The notes: a model not told the origin generated them from the sequence alone. Positions 35,761 to 46,540 are shown, counted from the first letter of the stretch. The stretch: DNA of 64,000 nucleotides from Bacteroidia bacterium (GCA_040381555.1 JBEIHC010000002.1:2188-66187); one strand, 5' to 3'. A program made the numbers and translations.

Positions 35761-37164
35761 ATGACTATAACCGAACAAATATCTTCCTTTAGGTATCATT
35801 TTCTGAGAGCTATTCAGGGGAAGGAGGATCATTTTACCTCTGGCAGTATTCGTAAAGCCCTGTTTTATCTGGCAATTCCGATGATGCTGGAAATGGTAAT
35901 GGAATCCCTTTTTGCCGTGGTGGATATTTTCTTCGTTGGAAAAATTGGGGTAGATGCTGTAGCGGCAGTTGGATTAACCGAATCTGTTATAACAATTATT
36001 TATTCCGTTTCTATAGGCCTAAGTATGGCGGCAACAGCCGTTGTGTCTCGTAGGATTGGAGAGCAAAAGCCAAGAGCTGCAGCGGATGCAGCATTTCAAG
36101 CGATATTGCTGGCTTTTATTATTTCGGTCCTGACGGGTATTGCTGGAATTATATTCGCAGAAGATGCGCTGCTTATGATGGGAGCTGACCCTAAAGTAGT
36201 AGAATCCGGAGCAGGGTACACTCGGATAATTTTTGCCGGAAATGTCGGTATCATGCTGCTCTTCCTGATAAATGGAATCTTTCGAGGAGCGGGTAATGCC
36301 GCTATAGCCATGAAAGCCTTATGGATAGCCAATGGAATTAATTTGGTTTTAGATCCTATTTTGATTTTTGGCTTGGGCTTTATTCCTGCTTTAGGGATAG
36401 AAGGCGCCGCTTGGGCAACAACTATTGGCAGATGTCTCGGTGTGGTATATCAATTGTGGCACTTGTTTAATGGGAATGGAATCATTCGATTACAAAAGCG
36501 GAATTTTGTCTTTCGATTAAATACTATTGCCCGACTCGTTAAACTATCAGCCGGCGGAATGGGTCAGTTTCTCATTGAATCGGCGACCTGGATATTTTTG
36601 ATGCGACTCATTTCCGAATCAGGCAGCATTGCCCTAGCTGCTTATACTATTGCCATTCGAATAATTATTTTTACGCTCCTGCCTGCTTGGGGATTAGCCA
36701 ATGCCGCCAGCACTTTGGTAGGCCAAAATCTTGGAGCCGGAAAACCGGATCGGGCAGAAAAATCTGTCTGGAAAGCAGCTTTGTACAATTCTATTTTTCT
36801 AGGTTTAGTGTCTCTATTTTTCGTGTTTTTTAGTGATTTTTTAATTGCACTCTTTCATCCTGACCTTGCTGTTCGAGAAATTGGAAGCGAAGCCCTACTC
36901 GTCATTTGCCTAGGTTATGTGTTCTTTGCCTATGGTATGGTCGTTAGCCAATCTTTTAATGGGGCGGGCGACACTTTGACACCTACCCTCATTAACATCT
37001 CCCTTTTCTGGGTGTTTGAAATTCCTTTTGCCTGGTTTCTCGCAGTATACCTAGGTTGGGCTGCTTCTGGAGTATTCTGGGCCATTGCAATTGCTCACAG
37101 CTTGCATGCCCTAGTTAGTATTTACCTATTTCGCTTAGGTCGATGGAAGAAAATGAAAGTTTAA
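35761..37164 (+). CDS. MATE family efflux transporter
   Basis: ~467 aa with 12 TM-like helices. N-terminal LAIPMMLEMVMESLFAVVDIFFVGKIG is typical of MATE/NorM. Confidence 0.85.
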   Translation: MTITEQISSFRYHFLRAIQGKEDHFTSGSIRKALFYLAIPMMLEMVMESLFAVVDIFFVGKIGVDAVAAVGLTESVITIIYSVSIGLSMAATAVVSRRIGEQKPRAAADAAFQAILLAFIISVLTGIAGIIFAEDALLMMGADPKVVESGAGYTRIIFAGNVGIMLLFLINGIFRGAGNAAIAMKALWIANGINLVLDPILIFGLGFIPALGIEGAAWATTIGRCLGVVYQLWHLFNGNGIIRLQKRNFVFRLNTIARLVKLSAGGMGQFLIESATWIFLMRLISESGSIALAAYTIAIRIIIFTLLPAWGLANAASTLVGQNLGAGKPDRAEKSVWKAALYNSIFLGLVSLFFVFFSDFLIALFHPDLAVREIGSEALLVICLGYVFFAYGMVVSQSFNGAGDTLTPTLINISLFWVFEIPFAWFLAVYLGWAASGVFWAIAIAHSLHALVSIYLFRLGRWKKMKV

Positions 37165-37230
37165 TGCTGGAAAAGTTAGGAATTTTATCCAGAGTGAATC
37201 AAGTTCCCGATTCAATGTGTAATTTTGACT

Positions 37231-38262
37231 ATGCGCCTGCCCTTATATCTTGTCACTGCCCTTGTACTTTTTGCTTCCCTTTCCTGTAAAAATGAAGTAA
37301 ACCTGAATGCTCCAGCTCGGGATATGCTGGTCGTATATGGGGTGCTCAATCCGGATGCTGAAATTCAATTTATACGGGTGGCCAAAGTGTTTTTACCAGA
37401 GGAGGATGCTGTGAAGTATGCAGGTAATAATGACCTTACTTTGAACAGCTCTCAGGCAGAAGTATATCTGCAGGGAGTGAAACTAAGAGATACTTTTATC
37501 ACTCGAAGCACAGGAATCTTTACCGCCGGCCAACACCTTCATTACCTCACCCGTTCGGACCTGAACATTCAAGCTGGTACTCAGTATAATTTGGAGGTTA
37601 AATTCCTGGCTAATTCTGCCGCCAATATTAAAGCTAGTACAACCATTCCAGATCGTCCGGTTTTTATTTCTCCTTATTCCCCGGATTATTCTGGAGGAGG
37701 TCTAAATATTGCCAATAAACAGGTGAATTTCGAAAATGCGACCAAAATAATTACCGAAAAAACCAAGTACGCCGCTGGTTATGAACTCAGAATTCAGTGT
37801 AAATATTTCGCCAACGGACTAGAACGAAATGTCACCTTTGGCCCTAAATCCTTTAGTGCGAATGTGAATTGTACAGACCCGAAGAATACCTGTTATGGAC
37901 TCTTGAAAAGAGAGGTGCTGGATTTTATTCAGTCCACTCAAACAGAACCAGCATCGCCTAATTTCTACACCGTAATCGATACCCCTATCAATGTACCATT
38001 GGCAGAAGCCTATCGCTTGAATAAATCAAATAGAATCAGCATCACTGCGGTAGATTCATTTTTATACTTGTATCTTTTGGCGAATAATGCCAACTCCAGT
38101 TCTTTGGCTACCAGCACCTTGGAGTACACGAATATTCAGAATGGCGTAGGTGTTTTTGGGTCTTACTGCGAAACCGGTACTTATGTAGATTTTTCCCCTT
38201 GCGGAAAGTATATTTTAAGCTTCAACAATACCCCTTCACCAGGGAGTTATTGTCAGAAGTAG
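37231..38262 (+). CDS. DUF4249 family lipoprotein
   Basis: Lipoprotein signal (LFASLSCKN) followed by LVVYGVLNPD, typical of the DUF4249 N-terminus. It is not adjacent to the TonB-dependent receptor that usually accompanies this family. Confidence 0.6.
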   Translation: MRLPLYLVTALVLFASLSCKNEVNLNAPARDMLVVYGVLNPDAEIQFIRVAKVFLPEEDAVKYAGNNDLTLNSSQAEVYLQGVKLRDTFITRSTGIFTAGQHLHYLTRSDLNIQAGTQYNLEVKFLANSAANIKASTTIPDRPVFISPYSPDYSGGGLNIANKQVNFENATKIITEKTKYAAGYELRIQCKYFANGLERNVTFGPKSFSANVNCTDPKNTCYGLLKREVLDFIQSTQTEPASPNFYTVIDTPINVPLAEAYRLNKSNRISITAVDSFLYLYLLANNANSSSLATSTLEYTNIQNGVGVFGSYCETGTYVDFSPCGKYILSFNNTPSPGSYCQK

Positions 38263-38537
38263 ATTAATTATTCAAGAGTTTTCTGAAGGCGTCCATTTTC
38301 ATTATTGCTTAGTCAGCGTATTATTAGAATGTATTTGTTGAAATACAATTTTGCCCTCTAAACGGGTTAACACCAAGCTAAGTTGACACCTAACCTAGGA
38401 TCACAATTGAAGCCTGTTTGCCCCTTTTAAAGTATTTCCTTGCATCCTGAAAATCAGGAATGCCTTTGAAAATGAACAATAGCAAAAGTTGGTGATTTTG
38501 TTTTTATTGAATTTCGAGAGAAACAGGATGGCTCTTG

Positions 38538-40508
38538 TCAATTCCTTACCCCATCGCTCCCCAACGACCGAAATCCTCTGGCTAAAATCTCCAAATCCAA
38601 GCCAGGAGAATAAGTGCGGGCATAGTAGGAATCTAATTGACTGGGATCTGTTCTTACGGGTTCTTTTCTGCGAGACAAAATATGCTGCATGTTGAGCAGA
38701 CCATGTTTCATGCGAGGTAAGGCAGGATTGTTTTCTTCAACATACCCCACCAGATGATATTCTCCGGTAAAGGATTTCCATAGGTTAATTCCTGCTTTGC
38801 CAGGTTTTCTATAAATCCAAAACGAAAAGGGAAAAGCCAGCAATAGAAGTCCACTAAAGAGTGTGTCGAAGATTCTTTTCCGCAGGCGATTTTCGGGTAG
38901 TAATAAATTCAAACTAAATTGAGAATCTCCCGCACTATGAATTTGGTTAGGACCTATCAGGTAATCTGCGTCCGGAGGAACGATGCGAAAGGTCAAGTCA
39001 TTTCGCATAAGCCGAGCCATTTCCTCAATAATTCTTCGCGTGCTTATGGATTTGTTGCAGAAAATAATTTCTTCTGCTCGATACACTTCTAAAGCTTCTT
39101 CTAACTGATCTGGATGCCCTAATATTTCTGGAATTTTTTCACCTGTAGGGGCATCCGGCACTAACATACCTAATATCTCGACATCGTATTCCAAATCTCG
39201 GCGTATCATTCTGCTCACGCGTAAAGCCTCGTCAGTGTCCCCAACAATTAATGCCCTACGCCTTTTTTGCTCGCGCAAATCTATCTTGCCTTTTAGGAGC
39301 AGAGAGAGAAGGAAACGATTAAAAATACATAGGAAAACAGTAAACATTGAGGTGAGCCCTACGATAGCACGGGAATAATTGATTTCCGGAAACAAATAAC
39401 TTACAGTCGCAATTGCGATAAATCCAAAGAAAGCCGCACTAATAATTTTTCGGGATTTATAGGGTTTATGGTAAGCGCCTGCGATACTTAAAAACAGCAC
39501 CAATACTACCACATAAATAGGTGCTGCAATTAGGTCAAAAGAGAGAGGATACCCTCCTCCTTCTACATATTTATGTTGAGTCTCCCAATACCATTTAATA
39601 GCTTGGATAACACCATAAATCATAAATCCTTCCACGATTGGGAAAGCTGTTTTTTGAAAAATCCTATTAAAAACAGCCAATCCTGCACGCAAATAAATGG
39701 CGATCTGAATCAATAGAATAAACAGATTCTGATTTCGGGAAGAAAAATGCTTGCGGGCAAAAATGAGCATTGCCTGATAAAACACCTTGACATAATTCAG
39801 ACTGCCTTTCTTCGTACTCTCGCCTTTATAGTGAATGATGGAAGTGCCCGAATAATAAAAATTTTTATACCCTGCTTTAATTACTCGATAAGATAAATCA
39901 ATATCCTCCCCGTACATAAAATAGTCTTCGTCGAGTAAACCAATTTTATCGAGGACAGATTTGCGCAAGAGCATGAAGGCTCCACTTAATACTTCTATTT
40001 CGTGATTTTGATCTGGACTAAGATAGCTTAAATGATATTTTCCAAATTTTTTACTTTGAGGAAACAAAGCAGATAAGCCGAATACTTTATAAAAAGCGAC
40101 CCAGGGAGTGGGTAGGCCTCGTTTCGATTCAGGTAGAAATTTTCCTTTACCATCCAGCATCTTTACCCCCAAAGCCCCAGCTTCAGGGTGAAGGTCCATA
40201 AAATCAATCACCTTATGAAAAGTATCTTCTTCTACGATGGTATCTGGATTGAGTAATAAAACAAATTCCCCAGTGGCCTGCAGAATAGCTTGATTATTGG
40301 CCTTAGAAAAACCGGTATTTTTCCGGTTAGCAATCAATTTTACCTGCGGAAATTTTTCCTGTACCATCAGCACACTGCCATCTACTGAGTTATTGTCCAC
40401 GACAAAAACTTCCACCTCTAGTCCTTGTGCAGCTTTTTCAACTGAGAGCAAGGCCTGCTCCAAGAAATGCCGCACATTATAATTGACTATGATGACAGAA
40501 AGTTTCAT
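38538..40508 (-). CDS. Family 2 glycosyltransferase fused to a multi-TM region, a Rossmann-like linker and a degenerate phosphoglycosyl-transferase-like tail
   Basis: 656 aa. N-terminal GT2 motifs (LSVIIVNYN, VVDNNSVDGS, GAFMLLR), ~6 TM helices, ALIVGDTDEA Rossmann-like segment, then KRIFDTLFSGLLLLAFPF...HLVGY...LDLEIL. Confidence 0.7.
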   Translation of the reverse strand: MKLSVIIVNYNVRHFLEQALLSVEKAAQGLEVEVFVVDNNSVDGSVLMVQEKFPQVKLIANRKNTGFSKANNQAILQATGEFVLLLNPDTIVEEDTFHKVIDFMDLHPEAGALGVKMLDGKGKFLPESKRGLPTPWVAFYKVFGLSALFPQSKKFGKYHLSYLSPDQNHEIEVLSGAFMLLRKSVLDKIGLLDEDYFMYGEDIDLSYRVIKAGYKNFYYSGTSIIHYKGESTKKGSLNYVKVFYQAMLIFARKHFSSRNQNLFILLIQIAIYLRAGLAVFNRIFQKTAFPIVEGFMIYGVIQAIKWYWETQHKYVEGGGYPLSFDLIAAPIYVVVLVLFLSIAGAYHKPYKSRKIISAAFFGFIAIATVSYLFPEINYSRAIVGLTSMFTVFLCIFNRFLLSLLLKGKIDLREQKRRRALIVGDTDEALRVSRMIRRDLEYDVEILGMLVPDAPTGEKIPEILGHPDQLEEALEVYRAEEIIFCNKSISTRRIIEEMARLMRNDLTFRIVPPDADYLIGPNQIHSAGDSQFSLNLLLPENRLRKRIFDTLFSGLLLLAFPFSFWIYRKPGKAGINLWKSFTGEYHLVGYVEENNPALPRMKHGLLNMQHILSRRKEPVRTDPSQLDSYYARTYSPGLDLEILARGFRSLGSDGVRN

Positions 40509-41134
40509 CCAGGTAATTGCTGTGTTTGTCCTGTGGAATAAGCTATCCGATTTAGCAAGGAACGCGCTAAGGTAATTTCATCGGTAAATTCTAATTCACT
40601 CCCTACTGGAATTCCTTTGGCGATGCTGGATATACGCAAATCGGGCCTGTTTATTTTGCGAGCTATGTAAAAAGCGGTTGTTTCCCCTTCCATACTGGCA
40701 CTAAAGGCAAATATCAATTCTCTAACCTCTGATTGCTCACACCTTCGCACGAGCGTTTCAATATTGAGTTGTGCAGGACTTATGCCTTCCAATGGATGAA
40801 TAATTCCACCCAGCACATGGTATAATCCTTGAAATTGATGGGTATTTTCCAAGGCCATTACATCTCGGGTATCTTCAACTACACAAATGATGGAAGAGTC
40901 TCTTTTGGGGGATGCACAAATATTACAGAGCACATCATCCGAAATATTATGGCAAGTATGGCAATAGTGGGTATTCATCCTCAGCTCCCGTATTGCCTCA
41001 CTCAGGCTATTGGCTTCTATTTCTGGCCGGCGCAATAAATGCATCGCCAGTCGCAAGGCCGTTTTCTTCCCTACTCCCGGCAATCGGGATAATTCCTTTA
41101 CTGCATTTTCTATCGTACGGGAGGGATACTCCAT
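40505..41134 (-). CDS. recR: Recombination protein RecR
   Basis: 209 aa. LPGVGKKTALRLA helix-hairpin-helix motif, C4 zinc finger (CHTCHNISDDVLCNIC) and Toprim domain. Confidence 0.92.
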   Translation of the reverse strand: MEYPSRTIENAVKELSRLPGVGKKTALRLAMHLLRRPEIEANSLSEAIRELRMNTHYCHTCHNISDDVLCNICASPKRDSSIICVVEDTRDVMALENTHQFQGLYHVLGGIIHPLEGISPAQLNIETLVRRCEQSEVRELIFAFSASMEGETTAFYIARKINRPDLRISSIAKGIPVGSELEFTDEITLARSLLNRIAYSTGQTQQLPG

Positions 41135-41140
41135 TCTAGA

Positions 41141-42334
41141 TTAAGACTTCAGCACGCCTAATTCCTGACCCACTTCGATAAAAGCCTGTATGGCTCTATC
41201 TAAGTGTTCGCGAGTATGACCAGCTGAAATTTGAACCCGAATCCTAGCCTGACCTTTTGCCACTACAGGATAGTAAAACCCTATGACATAAATACCCTTT
41301 TCCAATAGCTTCTCAGCGAAATCCTGAGAAAGTTTAGCGTCATATAACATGACCGGAACAATCGGATGGATTCCTGGCTTAATATCAAAGCCGGCGGCAG
41401 TCATTTTTTCCCTAAAATAATGAGTGTTTTCTTCTAGCGTGTCTCTTAGAGAGGTAGTTTCCGAAAGCATTTCAAAAACGGCTATTGAAGCTCCCACAAT
41501 GGAGGGCGCTAGAGTATTGGAAAACAGATACGGTCTGGAGCGCTGACGAAGCATTTCAATAATTTCCTTTCTGCCTGAGGTAAATCCTCCAGAGGCACCA
41601 CCCAAGGCTTTTCCCAATGTGCCAGTAATAATATCTACCCGACCCATAACATTGCGCATTTCAATCGCCCCTCTGCCTGTTTTTCCTAAAAACCCTGTTG
41701 AATGGCATTCATCTACCATCACCAAAGCTTTGTATTTATCTGCCAAATCACAAATCTTATCCAACTGGGCAATGGTTCCATCCATTGAAAATGACCCATC
41801 GGTTACAATGATTCGATTGGTGCAATGTGCGGTAGCCTGCAGACAGGCTTCCAATTCTGCCATATCATTATGCGCGTAGCGATGCCTTTCTGCTTTGCAC
41901 AAACGCACGCCATCAATAATACTCGCATGGTTAAGTGAATCTGAAATAATAGCATCTTTTTCTCCCAACAAAGGCTCAAATACCCCTCCATTGGCATCAA
42001 ATGCCGCGGCATATAAAATTGTATCCTCCGTTTGCAAAAATGCAGCTATTTTTTCCTCTAGGGTTTTATGAATATCCTGGGTTCCACAGATAAACCGAAC
42101 GGAAGAAAGTCCAAATCCATGGGTATCAATCGTTTTTTTGGCTGCTTCAACTACTCTAGGATGGGAGGATAATCCCAAATAGTTATTGGCACAAAAATTC
42201 AGCACCTTGGCACCAGAGGAGACCGTAATTTCAGCTCCTTGTGCACTGGTGATGATTCTTTCTCTTTTAAATAAACCAGCTTCGTGAATGGCTTGAATTT
42301 CGGATTCTAACCAAGGTTTTAAAGTATCGTACAT
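41141..42334 (-). CDS. kbl: Glycine C-acetyltransferase (2-amino-3-ketobutyrate CoA ligase)
   Basis: 397 aa, PLP-dependent. NYLGLSSHP, DECHSTGF and TLGKALGG (PLP lysine) motifs. Confidence 0.88.
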   Translation of the reverse strand: MYDTLKPWLESEIQAIHEAGLFKRERIITSAQGAEITVSSGAKVLNFCANNYLGLSSHPRVVEAAKKTIDTHGFGLSSVRFICGTQDIHKTLEEKIAAFLQTEDTILYAAAFDANGGVFEPLLGEKDAIISDSLNHASIIDGVRLCKAERHRYAHNDMAELEACLQATAHCTNRIIVTDGSFSMDGTIAQLDKICDLADKYKALVMVDECHSTGFLGKTGRGAIEMRNVMGRVDIITGTLGKALGGASGGFTSGRKEIIEMLRQRSRPYLFSNTLAPSIVGASIAVFEMLSETTSLRDTLEENTHYFREKMTAAGFDIKPGIHPIVPVMLYDAKLSQDFAEKLLEKGIYVIGFYYPVVAKGQARIRVQISAGHTREHLDRAIQAFIEVGQELGVLKS

Positions 42335-42623
42335 GTGTTCTGTTAAGTTAAAATGTCCAGTAAAATTAGGGTATTTTTACCTCAATATCACCTCCATACT
42401 CAGGTTATTCCCAGCCTTCGGTTTTCTAAGTTGATTCGTATGGGGTACTTTCCTACTCTTCTAATAATGGATTCTAATCTCCCAATATCAATATTTACAT
42501 TAGGGAAATCGATGGCTCAGATGATTAATCCCAATTTCATTCTTGTTTTGCAGGGGAAATAGCAACAAAAACACCGTCAGATTATACAAAACAGCCATCA
42601 AAAAACACTCAAAAACCTCAACT

Positions 42624-43439
42624 TTACCAGGAAGATATTTTGTGAGCCAGAAACAAAGACAAGGCTTTGGCTATTAATTGGGGCTCTTCGAGCATTCCCA
42701 TATGGGCACTATTATGCAATACTTCTACATGCGAATCGGAGCAATTGAACATTAGGTTGGCGGTAAACTCACAAGGAATCAAATTATCTTGAGAACCTAA
42801 AATAACAGAAACGGGCACATGTCCGCCCTCTACCCATTCTAGGCTACTGTGCCTGTTCTTCATGATTTCCAGGAATCGAATTAAGGTCGCATCCCCAGTC
42901 TTCAAGGCACGCTCAAGGCATTGATTTACCATTTCCAGATGTTTTACTTTATTCTTCTCTGTGAATAATGTTGGAATTAACGCCCGAATAAAGCCCTCTC
43001 CCCCTTTTTCCTGTATAAACTCAATCGCTCTTACACGATTTTCCTTTTTCTCCGCACTGTCTTGCAATGGAGTGGAATGGATCAAACAAACTCCTTCAAA
43101 TAAATTAGGGTATTTTTGAGCTGCTGCCAATGCTACATACCCCCCTAAGGAATGCCCGGCTAAGTAGCATTTTTTAACTTGTAGGGAATACAAAAACTCT
43201 GCTAACCAATCTGCAACACCCTCTAAATCTACAATTGATTCAGGAAAAGCAGAGTGGCCGTGCCCTGGTAAATCTGGACGAATTACTGAAAATGTCTCTC
43301 CTAAATAAGGAAGGAGTTTGTCCCATACTCTATGATTTTCTGTAAACCCATGCAACAGAACAAGAGGAATCCCAGGCAAATCCAAGGAAAAACTCACTTC
43401 CCGCATTTGCGTCAACACATCCCCTGGGTAAGAGCGCAT
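42624..43439 (-). CDS. Alpha/beta hydrolase fold protein
   Basis: 271 aa. HGF oxyanion region (VLLHGFTEN) and nucleophile elbow GHSLGG. Confidence 0.75.
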   Translation of the reverse strand: MRSYPGDVLTQMREVSFSLDLPGIPLVLLHGFTENHRVWDKLLPYLGETFSVIRPDLPGHGHSAFPESIVDLEGVADWLAEFLYSLQVKKCYLAGHSLGGYVALAAAQKYPNLFEGVCLIHSTPLQDSAEKKENRVRAIEFIQEKGGEGFIRALIPTLFTEKNKVKHLEMVNQCLERALKTGDATLIRFLEIMKNRHSSLEWVEGGHVPVSVILGSQDNLIPCEFTANLMFNCSDSHVEVLHNSAHMGMLEEPQLIAKALSLFLAHKISSW

Positions 43440-43445
43440 CGGAAC

Positions 43446-43721
43446 TTACTCGATTTTTGCTGATAAACCTCTTTCTAAAAGAGAGGTACATTTAGGTTCA
43501 AGTACATTCCAGGTACCTGATTTTACTTGACATTTCCCTTTATAATGAACAATTAAGGCTGATTGCTCTGCTTGTTCTTCCGTATGCTGACAAATATCTA
43601 CCAGACTATCAATCACCCAATCGAAGGTGTTGACATCATCATTATATAAGACGAGCTTATAAACCGTAAGATTCTTCGCAATCTTCTCAACTTCATCTAA
43701 AACCAGTTCTTTAAAATCCAT
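43446..43721 (-). CDS. clpS: ATP-dependent Clp protease adaptor ClpS
   Basis: 91 aa. YKLVLYNDDVNTFDWVI and the LIVHYKGK pattern. Confidence 0.85.
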   Translation of the reverse strand: MDFKELVLDEVEKIAKNLTVYKLVLYNDDVNTFDWVIDSLVDICQHTEEQAEQSALIVHYKGKCQVKSGTWNVLEPKCTSLLERGLSAKIE

Positions 43722-43826
43722 AAGCCTCTTTCATTAAATAGGTATCTCAGGATGTTCTTGCCCAAATACTCACCCTTATTATACAAAAGTATAAAATTTA
43801 AGAATTACCCAAAAGGAAATTCTACC

Positions 43827-44975
43827 TCAACGGAATATCGGATCTACGGTAGTTTTCTCGCGAAACACTTTATGAATCTTTAGGGAAAGAGCGACCATCA
43901 TCATTTGAGAATTTGCATTACTTCCTGCATGATAAACAGCTTCATCCAACAATGCAGCAATTTTTTCCAGCTTAGAGTCTGTTAGAGTTTGATTGAGTCG
44001 TTTCAGGAATTGTACCTCTTCTCCAGGAAACAAAAGCTGGTCTTCTCTCATATACCGCACCTTTAGGGTGTCACGCACTCTATGCAAGGCACTTTCCATG
44101 AAAAACTTCTGAAACTCACGATTCTCTCGAGAAAAATCTTCTGCCAATTTTGCAATTTCATCGTATCTCGCATCGTAGCATAAACGCATCCAAATGGGAA
44201 ATTTTTCTGAAACCGCCTGAGTATCTTTCTCAGAAAGAATCTGAGCTTTTCGCATACTACCATCCGACATCAGGGCAATTTGCAATGCTTGATTTTCTTC
44301 AAACCCGTATTTTTCAACCAAATAGGATGAAATTTCTGTCGGAGAAATCCGATTCATCAATAAACTCTGACAACGCGACCGAATAGTTGGAAGCAAATCT
44401 GTGGCCTCTGTAGCCGTCAAAATTAAAATCGTATTTTCAGGGGGCTCTTCCAGTAATTTCAATAAGGCATTTGCCGCCTCAACATTAAGTTTTTCAGCAT
44501 GCCAGAGGATGACTACTTTATATCGACCTTCAAATGCCTTCAAAGACATCCTCTGTTTTAGCAGTCGGATTTCTCCCACCGAAATAGACATTTTCTTATT
44601 CTCCGCTGTCAATACTTGTGCCCAATCCTCTAATTCAAACCAAGGGTTTTCAAGGAAGCGAGATCTGAATTCATGAATAACTTCTGCAGTTGGAGATTTG
44701 CTTTTATCGTCCAAACTACCAGGATAAGGGAGAATGAGATGAATATCCGGATGGATGGATTTACCAATCTTTATACAATCGGGACATATGCCGCAAGAAT
44801 CTCCATTCAGGGGAGTCTTACAATTCAAATAGGCAGCTAAGGCTGTAGCAAATGCTAGTTTTCCATTGCCCTCTGGACCTAACAACAATAAGGCATGACT
44901 TAATCTTCCACTGTCTACCGCCCGTTGAACGATTTCTCTTGGTTTTACGAGTCCCCTTATTTTCGAAAATTGCAT
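43827..44975 (-). CDS. holB: DNA polymerase III subunit delta-prime
   Basis: 382 aa. HALLLLGPEGNGK, a Cys cluster (C..C..C) and TIRSRCQ (SRC motif). Confidence 0.82.
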   Translation of the reverse strand: MQFSKIRGLVKPREIVQRAVDSGRLSHALLLLGPEGNGKLAFATALAAYLNCKTPLNGDSCGICPDCIKIGKSIHPDIHLILPYPGSLDDKSKSPTAEVIHEFRSRFLENPWFELEDWAQVLTAENKKMSISVGEIRLLKQRMSLKAFEGRYKVVILWHAEKLNVEAANALLKLLEEPPENTILILTATEATDLLPTIRSRCQSLLMNRISPTEISSYLVEKYGFEENQALQIALMSDGSMRKAQILSEKDTQAVSEKFPIWMRLCYDARYDEIAKLAEDFSRENREFQKFFMESALHRVRDTLKVRYMREDQLLFPGEEVQFLKRLNQTLTDSKLEKIAALLDEAVYHAGSNANSQMMMVALSLKIHKVFREKTTVDPIFR

Positions 44976-45352
44976 ACTGCAAATCTAAACAAACCTTTTG
45001 CGCAGCAATCCACAAACTACAATTGCTCCTGTCCGGATTTTAGGAAAACGATAGCTTTATTCTTCTTCAACACTGCGCATCAAGACCAAGTAATTTTCAC
45101 AAAATTCAGAAGGTCAACCATTTAGGGATTACTCAGAATCTATTGGCAAAAAATAGGTTTACCCTAAACCGAAGTTTACCCTAAGCCACGATTATAATTT
45201 CTAGAAATTTTTTAAAATTGATTGTATAATTAATGCACGCTTTTTATTGGTTTATGCAATAACCCCTTGCTTTTAAAGAACATTAATATGTCTGTAATTC
45301 AGCAATAGTAAGGATTTATACTTTCTGAGTACGCCCTATTTATATGTGAATA

Positions 45353-46540
45353 TTACCAAACTAACCAAGACGAATCCCCATAACTTAGGAATCTATACTC
45401 ATTCTCCAGTGCCGTTTGATATACTGCTCTCCAGTCAGATCCTATCAGGGCTTCCACCAACACTAATAAGGTGGAGTTGGGTTGATGAAAATTGGTCAAT
45501 AAAGAATCTGCATTTTGTACCTTGTATCCAGGAAGAATATAAATTTCTGTTTCTCCGGAAATATACTCAAGTTGCTCTCTGTTCATTTTTTCAAGAATTT
45601 CCATCATAGCCTCTTGTCTATCAGGTAGTTTATTTCCTTTTTGCTCGTAGGGAAATAACTTAGGAATAAAAAAGGCTGCATTGGGATTGTTCTTAAGCAA
45701 CACACCATACCAATATAAACTCTCCAATGTTCGTAAGGCTGTCGTTCCGATTGCGATTCGATGTCGGGTGTCCTTAATCAAAGATTTGATTGTTTCCCGA
45801 GAAATCACAATTTGCTCTTTATGCATGGCATGATTTTTATAATCCTCTGCCTGCAAAGGTTGAAAAGTTCCTGCACTTACATGCAGTGTCAGATGAGCCA
45901 TTCCAGACCCTCCATCTTTGAATTGAGATAAAATTTCCGGAGTAAAATGCAGTCCTGCGGTTGGAGCGGCAACAGCACCCTCTTGTTTAGCATATACAGT
46001 CTGATAGTTTATGCTATCGCTCTCTTCTGTGTCGCGATTCAGATAAGGGGGAATGGGTATTTTTCCCACTTGCTCCAAGACTTCCCACCAGAGTGTTTTT
46101 TCCGGTTGCCAGGTAAAGGAAACTATTCTTTCTTCCAGATTTTCAAGAGTTGCTCGAAGGTATCCTCCGGATGGAAGGAGTAACTCTAGTACTTCGCCCT
46201 CTTTCCATTTTTTAAGATTACCAATCATCGCTTTCCAGGTTGCTGTGCCTTCTGCTTGCATTGCCAATTGAAACAAAGGAGAGGGTTGTATGGGCTCAAG
46301 AAGAAAAACTTCAATCCGAGCACCTGAGGTTCTATGAAATATAATCCTAGCAGGAATTACCCGAGTATCGTTGAAAACCAATTGTTTATCAAAACCTGTC
46401 AGCTGTGGTAAATCCTGAAATACATGGTGCGAAATAACTCCCTTCTGATAAACAAGCAATTTAGAAGACGCCCGATTTTCCAAAGGATATTTTGCAATGC
46501 GCTCATCCGGGAGCTCATAAAAGAATTGATTGACATGCAT
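45353..46540 (-). CDS. queA: S-adenosylmethionine:tRNA ribosyltransferase-isomerase
   Basis: 395 aa. FFYELPDERIAKYPLENRASSKLLV N-terminus, with later AAPTAGLHFT and GTTALRTLES motifs. Confidence 0.9.
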   Translation of the reverse strand: MHVNQFFYELPDERIAKYPLENRASSKLLVYQKGVISHHVFQDLPQLTGFDKQLVFNDTRVIPARIIFHRTSGARIEVFLLEPIQPSPLFQLAMQAEGTATWKAMIGNLKKWKEGEVLELLLPSGGYLRATLENLEERIVSFTWQPEKTLWWEVLEQVGKIPIPPYLNRDTEESDSINYQTVYAKQEGAVAAPTAGLHFTPEILSQFKDGGSGMAHLTLHVSAGTFQPLQAEDYKNHAMHKEQIVISRETIKSLIKDTRHRIAIGTTALRTLESLYWYGVLLKNNPNAAFFIPKLFPYEQKGNKLPDRQEAMMEILEKMNREQLEYISGETEIYILPGYKVQNADSLLTNFHQPNSTLLVLVEALIGSDWRAVYQTALENEYRFLSYGDSSWLVW

